64,000 nucleotides of DNA, taken from the IMG/VR virus record IMGVR_UViG_3300006056_000038, positions 1 through 64,000 of that record; one strand, given 5' to 3'. Of this stretch, positions 18,035 to 25,924 are shown piece after piece. Origin of the DNA: a virus. How positions within the stretch are numbered: the first letter of the stretch is position 1; the number at the start of each line of letters is the position of its first letter. The notes beneath the pieces are model-generated. The model was not told the DNA's origin and did not search any database. It was given only the letters and a program-made list of their open reading frames with translations. Made by a program: the position numbers and the translations under genes.

Positions 18035-18055
18035 TAAATAGAGCACTATTTATGT
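18035..18055. promoter_or_regulatory. Palindromic motif GTAAATAG-agca-CTATTTATG in the divergent region
   Basis: 3 nt upstream of the ATG of 18030(-) and 14 nt upstream of 18069(+). Confidence 0.5.
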
Positions 18056-18068
18056 TCAAACCTCATTC

Positions 18069-19611
18069 CATGTCGAAGCGCACCATCAAACTCTCCTCCC
18101 TCTCCGAGGGCCTCCGCAAAGAAGTCAAGAAGCACCTCAAGGAGGGAAGGACCAAGTTGGGTCAGATGCCTACTCGTCTGAGAAAACTTATTGAATCAGA
18201 GGCTTTCTATGGCACTGACTCTGACGAGTACAGACCGGATATGGAAAGTTCTTCCCGAGCCATCCCTAAGTTCACGCTGAAACCACGCAAAAATGCAGGC
18301 GAGTTTGAGGGGGAGAGCGGGCCATGGAAGGTGTGGATTTATACATATAACGATGGTAAGAAGTTCGGATGGACGCTACTCCATCGAGGCGAGTCTCTCG
18401 TTGGGGGAGAAGGGCATAGCTCGCTAAAGGCCGCTTGTAAGGCTGCGGAGAAAGAGGCGACACTAGATCGTTACCAGCACCTCAAGGAGGGCAGGACGAA
18501 GATGAGCCAGATGCCGCCGAAGCTGAAGCGGTTGATAGAGAATGAGACTGTAGGCAAAAAAGAATTCATTAAGAATTTAGGAAATGCTGGTGTTTATGGA
18601 AAGCCAGATATGTATTATGATCATTCTAAAAATATGGCTATAGCTGTTAATGTGTATGATAGGACAGGTCAAAAAACTGAAGATACATCGCCTCGATATC
18701 CATATCCATTACCTCAAGTCGCAGGCGTGACGCACCAAATCGATAAAGAAAACAGAGAGAAGTTTATGGATAAAAGATGCGAATGGTGTGTTTATAGCTC
18801 CGCACATTCCGAGTTAATTCACGAAATTGGAGTGCTACAAAACAACGGTCCATCAGCAACCAACGCTATGAATGCTAGAGCAAGCGATGATGAAGGTGGA
18901 TATTTTGAAGAACAAAAAACCATCAACCTCTCATCCCTCTCCGAGGGTCTCCGCAAGGAAGTCAAGAAGCACCTCAAGGAGGGCAGGACGAAGATGTCCA
19001 TGCTGCCATCTAAGTTGGCAAACAAGATCTTGATTGAGATGGAACATGACAGTTCAGGAAACCCCATTGCTCCTTGGGATAGAAAAGGACCCAAATCGCC
19101 TCATGGAAGTGATTTGCCGTATGTCCCTCATTCGCGCATCAACGCAGGAACCTATGATATAGATGGCGAATTTAGTAGCAGCGACGATATTGGCGATGAT
19201 GACAATTTCAATGTCAATGTCGATGATACTGAACTACTGAGCGCAATGGAGGATGCAAAAATGCAAAGCGAAAACGGATATGTCGTCCATGTGAACAAGT
19301 CACCAAAAGGCGACTACGAATTGAGCGACTGGTATGACGACGAATCGACTGTTGCAAGCTATGAAAATGGAAGAAAGCTCAACGAAAACAAACGTGCCAG
19401 CATGAAAAACAAGCAGATCAAACTCTCCTCCCTCTCCGAGGGCCTACGCAAGGAAGTGAAGAAGCACCTCAAGGAGGGCAGGACCAAATTGGGACAGATG
19501 CCGCCGAAGTTGGCAAACGAGATCTTGAGCGAAATGAATGACATGGGGTCACAATTTGATAGCTCAGGAAATCCCATTCTTCCTTGGGGAAGCAATGGTT
19601 CTAGCAAATAG
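18069..19611 (+). CDS. Modular repeat protein with four or more copies of KLSSLSEGLRKEVKKHLKEGRTK[LM][GS]QMP.KL
   Basis: Start MSKRTIKLSSL after the motif. Protein-level repeats at about residues 1, 140, 300 and 470. The underlying DNA repeats (about 18087, 18474, 18912, 19410) are roughly 85% identical. A second repeat, SSGNPI[AL]PW, is also present. Confidence 0.55.
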
Positions 19612-19713
19612 TTCCGTCGTTCATTGCTTTTTATGACAAAGAGCGACATTATTTTCCTTCTTCATGGACGGCACCGTTAGCGTGTTTGATGATATGGTGG
19701 ATGTTCTGGGTGA

Positions 19714-20013
19714 TCATACGCGCTGGCTCAGCGCGCCACGGATTATCGAGCGGAGGAACCGCTCGTTCACCACAGGGGTTCCCATCCGCTTTTGAACGGC
19801 GGCATCGTATTGTTGCTTGATGTTGTCGGAGGACATCTCGTATTGTTCGTCAGTCAATTTATGTCCACTCTCCGCCGTCTTCAACGCATACTGAAGTCGT
19901 ATGATAAAGGAACCTGCCCGTTCTGTACGACTCCAAAATGATCGATCGTACGAGGCGGCGTAATTCCATTGGCCATAAATATGGCCATATTTAGCTTTGA
20001 TGGACATTCGACG
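19714..20013 (-). CDS. Doubtful small ORF (would contain the 19973-19994 motif inside its coding sequence)
   Basis: Track ORF 19714-20073; low-complexity, W/Y-rich. Confidence 0.2.
   Translation of the reverse strand, partial: RRMSIKAKYGHIYGQWNYAASYDRSFWSRTERAGSFIIRLQYALKTAESGHKLTDEQYEMSSDNIKQQYDAAVQKRMGTPVVNERFLRSIIRGALSQRV
19973..19994. promoter_or_regulatory. Palindromic motif CCATAAATATGG-CCATATTTAG
   Basis: Perfect inverted repeat ending 5 nt before the ATG of 20000(+). Confidence 0.5.
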
Positions 20014-20632
20014 TATGATCAGGAACATCCTCTTGGAGGAAGCGTCCGGCATCGCCTTCGAAACGCAACACACGGCCAGCTATCACGGCCAGAGCAATTT
20101 CACGCTTCGTCTTCTGGCGAACGGAAGAGAGGTTGCGCATTTGGATTACACCATCTTTCAAGGCGAGACGCAGATCGCCATGGTGGAGGTCCCGCGTCCG
20201 GAGGACAAGCGAAAGGGATACGGCCGCATGCTGGTGGACCGCTTGGCGCAGGAGCGCGGCGGATACGATAAGATCCAATGGGGCTCCATGACCCCCGATG
20301 GCGCGGCGCTGCAACAGGCCATGGACCGCGAAAAGAACTTCGACCGGGAGGAGCACGAGAACCTGCATTATCGGCAAGAGGACATGATCGCTCTCATCTC
20401 GAAGAAAGGCAAGAACGCGGCCGGGTTCTTTCGGGACACATGCGCAATAGGATACGAGGCGGCATGGCAGAAATGGGCCGCCAACATCAAGGATTCCCAC
20501 ATTGACGGGATCGATCAGAGCGACCTCAGCGACCTAGCCGAATGGACGCGTGGATCGGTCGAGAACCATCATCCCAAGGATTGGGAACCTCAGGATTGGG
20601 TGCAGCGGTTCGTGGCGGAGTTGAGGGCTTGA
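20000..20632 (+). CDS. GNAT-family N-acetyltransferase with CTS-like N-terminus
   Basis: N-terminus MDIRRMIRNILLEE. Motif-A-like segment QIAMVEVPRPEDKRKGYGRMLVDRLAQERG (R-x-x-G-x-G). Confidence 0.55.
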   Translation: MDIRRMIRNILLEEASGIAFETQHTASYHGQSNFTLRLLANGREVAHLDYTIFQGETQIAMVEVPRPEDKRKGYGRMLVDRLAQERGGYDKIQWGSMTPDGAALQQAMDREKNFDREEHENLHYRQEDMIALISKKGKNAAGFFRDTCAIGYEAAWQKWAANIKDSHIDGIDQSDLSDLAEWTRGSVENHHPKDWEPQDWVQRFVAELRA

Positions 20633-20683
20633 TCGAGATCAAACCATTCCGGTTTGGATGGCATTATCGCCATATTTATGTAC

Positions 20684-21604
20684 ATGGATATCAAGAAGTT
20701 GATCAAGAACATGATAGCAGAGGTAGCGGGCGTGCAATTGAACGTAAAACGCCTGTCCGAGATAATGGCGGACGTGACCATTGACCATATTATATCAACC
20801 GCCCAAAAGAGAAAGGACATATTGGACGGGGAACATTGGAATGTTCCATTTGGATATGAACCACCAGCCATGATATCAGGAGACACATGGATAAGGACGG
20901 TCGAAGTGTCGGTCGAATTCTGCAACTCACCAAGGGAAGAGCCGACAGGGTCATTCCAATCCAGCAAGACCAAGAAGCACAGCAAGCCGGAGTCCTCCTA
21001 TTCCATATCCATAGGACTTGTTGTTCATGTTCCAATAGCGGAATTGAAGAACGAAAGAACAGCACTGCGATCGATATTCGCCCACGAGCTCAACCACGCC
21101 TTCGTGTTCATCCACGACGTGAACAAAAAGTCGGCCGTCTTGAACGCCAAAAACAGGCGCATTGGCGCAGCCTACAGCGAGGACCCCGGAGTCCAATTGT
21201 TGAATAAGGCCATCTACCTCTCCAACCCCATGGAGATACAAGCAAGAATTCAAGACATCGGCGGTCTGGTGGACGACTTGATGAGCACCACCGCAGAGGA
21301 CGCTCTTTCTGAGCTTCTATTGTACCAGCCGATGCGAGAGTTGTCAGAACTGAACAACATGGACTTCAGAAAGATCGAGCGCACGCAGGCCGTTCAGGAC
21401 TTCGCGCGCAAAATGGGCGGAGATGACGTTATGCAATTCATTTCGGACCTCAACAGAAAGCGCAAGACATCGGCATTCCAAGCCTTGAAGAAAGTCTATC
21501 GCCTCGTCTCGGACCGATACAGCGTCAACGAGGAGTTCTGGATCGATGCCGAAGCGTATAGCATCATCCATGAGAGCGATTGGCCGCCGAGGGAACTCCT
21601 ATGA
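20684..21604 (+). CDS. HExxH zinc-metallopeptidase-like protein with CTS-like N-terminus
   Basis: N-terminus MDIKKLIKNMIAE. HExxH motif in IFAHELNHAFVFIHD. CATATTTATG motif (20671-20680) 3 nt upstream. Confidence 0.5.
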   Translation: MDIKKLIKNMIAEVAGVQLNVKRLSEIMADVTIDHIISTAQKRKDILDGEHWNVPFGYEPPAMISGDTWIRTVEVSVEFCNSPREEPTGSFQSSKTKKHSKPESSYSISIGLVVHVPIAELKNERTALRSIFAHELNHAFVFIHDVNKKSAVLNAKNRRIGAAYSEDPGVQLLNKAIYLSNPMEIQARIQDIGGLVDDLMSTTAEDALSELLLYQPMRELSELNNMDFRKIERTQAVQDFARKMGGDDVMQFISDLNRKRKTSAFQALKKVYRLVSDRYSVNEEFWIDAEAYSIIHESDWPPRELL

Positions 21605-23008
21605 GGACTTTTCCTTCTTTTCGCCAAGCAATTTGTCCAGCACGGCCCTGCCCTCATCCGTTGAGGCCATGCCCGTCAGCATACCGGCGATGTCGACGCC
21701 TCCGCCCGGATTGAACATCCCCATAATGCCCTTCACGCTGCCGGGGATGTTCCCGCCGCTCCCCACGATCTTGATATCGGCTTTCTCCAGCGCTACCGCC
21801 ATTGCCTTTCCTACAACTTCGTTGGCCTCTACCTGACGGTTGTCGATCAAGTATTTCTGGTATTCTGGAGATCCAGCGATCTTCTCGGCCAACTTGATCT
21901 GAGCGTCCACTGGAGCCATCAGCTTCGCCTTCTCGGCCTCTCCCTCCGCCTTGCCTTTAGCGGCAATGCCCTCGGCGTTCTTGAGCGAAGCGAACAGCAT
22001 GCCTTCGGCCAACGTCTGAGTGGCGGCCTTTTCGCCGTCCGCCTTTACCGTCATCACCTCCTTCTCTTGTTGGGCGTTCACCACCGCAACGTTCTTGTTT
22101 TGTTCCGCCAACACTTCAGCGGCCTTCTTGCTGATCTCCGCCTTGCGGACGGTGTTGATGGATAGCACCTCCATCTCCTTTACCGTCGTGATGGCCGTCT
22201 GTTCCTGCACGGACTGTGTGGCCTTTTCCTTTGCGATGCCTATCTCCCGCACCCGCTCAGCCTCACGAATACCAACAGCTTGTAATGCCTGTTGGTCTTG
22301 AATGTCGATCTCGCGTTTGGCCGATATCTCCGCAAGCTTTGCGATACGACCGTGATCGGCCACCTGAACGCGGCTTTCTTGATCGATGCGCGCCTGTTCC
22401 TTGGCCATGATGTTATGGATGACGTTCGACTTCTGTTCCGTAGAATCCCGCAGGTCCATGAACTCGATCATCTTGACGGTCTGAACGCCCCACTCCTTGA
22501 TGTTGTCGTCTACTTCGTCGGTGAACTGCTTCCCCAAGGTGGAACGTTGATGCATGATCTCCTCCAATTGATTGGTAGCGAGGATCCGGCGGACGGCACC
22601 TTGCAACACGGAATGCAATTGCGTTTCCAATTCCCTGAAAGATGCCACCCGCTGCGCGGCGGTATCGGAATTCGCTATCCTGAAGAATGCGGATACATCC
22701 ACCACGAACGGAAGTCTGGCCGAATCGTAAGCTTCATAATTCGCAAGGCTGACCTGAAAGACACTTTCAGGCATCTCAACTTTGGTCACACCAATAATGG
22801 GGAACCACGTAGGCCATTCATAATAGACGTTCCCGCTATCCCTTCCTCGTCCATACGAGGTGGTCTTTTTGCCCGTCTGCACGATGTGGACCGTGTTGGT
22901 CGGGACCACGCGGCGCAAAAAGAGAGCGGAAAAGAGCCCGATGGCGAGGGCGATAACGCCGATCACAATGAGGATGGTCGGCCAATTGGAGAATAGGTTC
23001 TGTATCAT
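21599..23008 (-). CDS. SPFH/band-7 (flotillin/prohibitin-like) membrane protein
   Basis: N-terminal TM helix (WPTILIVIGVIALAIGLFSALFL), then SPFH-type core and a long Ala/Glu/Lys coiled-coil tail (AEISKKAAEVLAEQNKNVAVVNAQQEKE...). Confidence 0.65.
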   Translation of the reverse strand: MIQNLFSNWPTILIVIGVIALAIGLFSALFLRRVVPTNTVHIVQTGKKTTSYGRGRDSGNVYYEWPTWFPIIGVTKVEMPESVFQVSLANYEAYDSARLPFVVDVSAFFRIANSDTAAQRVASFRELETQLHSVLQGAVRRILATNQLEEIMHQRSTLGKQFTDEVDDNIKEWGVQTVKMIEFMDLRDSTEQKSNVIHNIMAKEQARIDQESRVQVADHGRIAKLAEISAKREIDIQDQQALQAVGIREAERVREIGIAKEKATQSVQEQTAITTVKEMEVLSINTVRKAEISKKAAEVLAEQNKNVAVVNAQQEKEVMTVKADGEKAATQTLAEGMLFASLKNAEGIAAKGKAEGEAEKAKLMAPVDAQIKLAEKIAGSPEYQKYLIDNRQVEANEVVGKAMAVALEKADIKIVGSGGNIPGSVKGIMGMFNPGGGVDIAGMLTGMASTDEGRAVLDKLLGEKKEKSS

Positions 23009-23048
23009 GGCGCCAAAGATAACAAAAGAAATGTCAACTTGTAGCGGG

Positions 23049-23065
23049 CCCGATATTATCGGCGT
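23049..23065. promoter_or_regulatory. Palindrome GCCGATAATATCGGC next to a TTGACA and a TATCTTTG (TAnnTTTG-like) element upstream of the SPFH gene
   Basis: The minus strand reads ...GCCGATAATATCGGGCCCGCTACAAGTTGACATTTCTTTTGTTATCTTTGGCGCCATG. Confidence 0.35.
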
Positions 23066-23081
23066 CCGTAATGTGAAACGG

Positions 23082-25880
23082 TCATTGGTTGGAAGTTTGT
23101 TTATTGCATGTGATCAATGCCTGTCTTTTTTCCTGACCTCCACTACGCATGTAATGCGACTTCTTCACACCATAGTACTCTGTTGAAACAATGGTGAACC
23201 CTGCGTTCAACAGGCAATGAGAAAGTTCAACGACATACTTCTCGTTCATATCCAGAACCATCTTTCCGCTCGTCTTCAGATAGGCATGACAGTTTACAAG
23301 GACGGGGAGTAATTCCTTTGCGAACCATGTCTGGGTGTCCAAACCTTTTGGAGTTTCGCTATACGAATACAGTTCATCGTAATAGAAAGGAGGAGATGTG
23401 AAGATGAAATCCACCCTCCCCTTCAAACTCTCTTGGTACACCTTGGAGTCACCGAATGTCACCGTGCAATTCTTCAGGTCCTTTTCCTTGATGATGCGTT
23501 CATATCCATCCTTAAGATGGAGGTTTATGTCATTGCCGACGTAATGTGCTCCTCGTTCGCAGCAAGCGAGCATGCGGCTGCCCCAGCCAGCATATGGGTC
23601 ATACACCACATCGTCGTATTGCACATTGTTCTGATATACGCCCCTTGCTTGCTCGATAGGGAATACCCCCACGTTGTACACGGTTCTCACCGCAATACCG
23701 CGATACAACTGCATGATGGAGACATCGAACAGCTCCTTCTTCTTGTTCAGCCCCAGACGGTACTTCACCACTTCCCTTAAAACACCCTTGTCTTGAAATA
23801 TGTCAAATAACCCCTTCTCTCTCTTATGAGAACGATAATAGGAATCGGCGAACACGCCTTTCAACCACGATACTGTAGTGGGTCTCTTCGATAGATCGAT
23901 ACAATCCTTTATGTACTTCTCCGGAGGGTAGAACGTGGTCCAGAATTCCAGAAGAGTGTCAACTAGATCTTCATTCTTCAGCATCTCATCTCTGCCTCTT
24001 TCGCAATACTCCTTGCTGAATATTATGTCATGCTCTTTAAGGCGCAACAGCGGATGGTCTTGAAGATTGATTTCGTATCTATCCAAGAATGTGATCAAGT
24101 CATTCTCTGAATTGAATTTTTGTGGCGCATGCTGCTTCACGTCTTTCTCACGAATGCGGTAAAGGCGATAGCCGCTTTCTTTTGCTACTTCGTCTTTCTT
24201 GACGTCACGGACGAAATTCAATATCTGCTTGAAATGATATCCTCCCTTGCTGACATATCCGTGCCAGTAATCCCCATCCAATTCTATCAATATCTTCCTG
24301 TCTTCCAAGCACCAATCGAACATGAACTTACCAACAGATTTCTGCTTCCGTATTCCTTGAAGTTCGCAAGTGGCTTCACGGAATGCTCGTTCCAGTTTGT
24401 TCTCCTTATATGTCTGCTTGGTTTTGTTGTACAATATGGCGGTATCTGACATTTTCTTCGATGTCGTACTGTTGAATATGCCCTTAGCTCCATACTTCTC
24501 TTTGTACATCGTATGGTCCATACCATGGACTGCCAAATGTGTTTGGGTTATGGCTCTCAATTTCTCTCCACAAACACCACACTCTACCCAATTTTGAGGA
24601 TTGACCTGCATGTCGATTGCGTTCGCCTTTTTCTGTTCGATACGCTCAAGCTCTGTTTTGAATAGCAGGCTTTCTTCTTCATGAATTTTCACGTGTTCCT
24701 CTACTGTAAGGTTATGCACACTTACAATGTGTGTGGTATACCATCCGCTGGCATTTGAGAGATCATTGGTGGTCCAATCGCAGTACGCGCATTTCCTCTT
24801 TTCTTGTACAACATTATCTACTTCATTGAAATCGAAATGTTCGTAGTACCACGGCTTTCCTGTGGTCTTGAAAAACTCGCGCTTCTTTGTGTTGGTCTCA
24901 TGCTCCATATCGGGCATTATCCTCTCAAGGTGCCTCGTTATGATGCCGGATGCATTCAAGTAATCAGGAAAACGTTCTCCGGTCTGCCTACAAATCGCCA
25001 CATAATTCTTCCCTTCTTCGAAGAAGGATGGCATCCCCTTCTTGTCGAAACGGATGTTCTGCTTGGCTTTTTCTGACCTCAAACGTTTGTACTCCTCAAG
25101 GCGCTCATGTTTGTTGGGCCAATCCTCCAACGGAGGGAATGGAACGAACATGTTCCACTCCATAAGCACGCGATGAATGAGACTTGAGCTCATACCGACC
25201 GCTTCTTCCAGCGCGCGCATGGAAAGGCCGTCCTCCAAATATCCTTTCTTGATGACCGTGAACTGCGCTTCGGTGATCTCCGCGCGTGGCTGATACTGAT
25301 ATGTGCGCGCCTCCTTTGGCTGCGGTTGGATGAATTCGAAGTGGTCCACGAACCATGGTCGCCCTTGTTCGGTTTGGAACTTCTTCTTTTTGAAGTCGCT
25401 CTGGTCCGCCATGGGGACCCTCAGTTTTCTCAAATGTGCCGTAAGGGCCCCGGATGCGTTACGGAAGTCATCAAACTCCTTTCCTGTGGCCTTACATACG
25501 GCCACATACTCGACGCCCGGTTTGAAGAACGGTGCGGGCACGGTAATGAGAGGGTTACCGTGATTCCATTTCCTGTCGCGCTCTTCATCGGAACCATCGG
25601 CGCCAACATATAACCCAACCTCTTGAAGTGTTTTCGTACACCACATGAGGCTTCGCCCCATTTCGGTCGCCATCCGACTCAATGGTAATTTGTCTTTCAG
25701 ATGTAAACGGGCCAGATTCAGGATGTCCTCCGATGTGGCTTCTACTTTTTTGATGCTTCCTCCCATGCAACAAAGGTAGTACATCAATTCATATATTCCA
25801 AATTTGCCGAATGACTTTACTCCATCTAAAGGAATTATGACGATCTTTCTTGAAATATAACAAAAGAGAAAGGCGACCAT
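23082..25880 (-). CDS. Fusion protein: triplicated Cys-motif DNA-binding repeats + Vsr/DUF559-like endonuclease domain + C-terminal DNA (N6-adenine/N4-cytosine-type) methyltransferase
   Basis: Three repeats of C..TG..F.D..NASG..T.HL (VCKATGKEFDDFRNASGALTAHL, ICRQTGERFPDYLNASGIITRHL, CAYCDWTTNDLSNASGWYTTHI). RKILIELDGDYWHGY matches the Vsr-like PD-(D/E)xK core. The MTase segment has motif I VVYDPYAGWGSR and motif IV FIFTSPPFYYDEL. Confidence 0.65.
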   Translation of the reverse strand: MVAFLFCYISRKIVIIPLDGVKSFGKFGIYELMYYLCCMGGSIKKVEATSEDILNLARLHLKDKLPLSRMATEMGRSLMWCTKTLQEVGLYVGADGSDEERDRKWNHGNPLITVPAPFFKPGVEYVAVCKATGKEFDDFRNASGALTAHLRKLRVPMADQSDFKKKKFQTEQGRPWFVDHFEFIQPQPKEARTYQYQPRAEITEAQFTVIKKGYLEDGLSMRALEEAVGMSSSLIHRVLMEWNMFVPFPPLEDWPNKHERLEEYKRLRSEKAKQNIRFDKKGMPSFFEEGKNYVAICRQTGERFPDYLNASGIITRHLERIMPDMEHETNTKKREFFKTTGKPWYYEHFDFNEVDNVVQEKRKCAYCDWTTNDLSNASGWYTTHIVSVHNLTVEEHVKIHEEESLLFKTELERIEQKKANAIDMQVNPQNWVECGVCGEKLRAITQTHLAVHGMDHTMYKEKYGAKGIFNSTTSKKMSDTAILYNKTKQTYKENKLERAFREATCELQGIRKQKSVGKFMFDWCLEDRKILIELDGDYWHGYVSKGGYHFKQILNFVRDVKKDEVAKESGYRLYRIREKDVKQHAPQKFNSENDLITFLDRYEINLQDHPLLRLKEHDIIFSKEYCERGRDEMLKNEDLVDTLLEFWTTFYPPEKYIKDCIDLSKRPTTVSWLKGVFADSYYRSHKREKGLFDIFQDKGVLREVVKYRLGLNKKKELFDVSIMQLYRGIAVRTVYNVGVFPIEQARGVYQNNVQYDDVVYDPYAGWGSRMLACCERGAHYVGNDINLHLKDGYERIIKEKDLKNCTVTFGDSKVYQESLKGRVDFIFTSPPFYYDELYSYSETPKGLDTQTWFAKELLPVLVNCHAYLKTSGKMVLDMNEKYVVELSHCLLNAGFTIVSTEYYGVKKSHYMRSGGQEKRQALITCNKQTSNQ

Positions 25881-25895
25881 TTCTGATCGCCTTTC
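25868..25895 (-). terminator. Intrinsic terminator after the capsid gene; its hairpin loop contains the ATG of the MTase fusion gene
   Basis: GAAAGGCGA-ccatttctga-TCGCCTTTC; on the minus strand it is followed by TCTTTTGTTATATTTC. The start codon at 25878-25880 sits in the loop. Confidence 0.55.
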
Positions 25896-25924
25896 TTTCT
25901 GCGGAAACCTGCGTCGCTCTAGGC

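Noticed and set aside
18069-19611. Direct DNA repeats of ~85 bp that could be taken for a CRISPR array or tandem-repeat locus
   Set aside because: The repeats are in frame within one ORF and encode a protein module. Spacing is irregular (roughly 400-500 bp) and the 'spacers' are coding. No CRISPR-like short regular repeats occur anywhere in the window.
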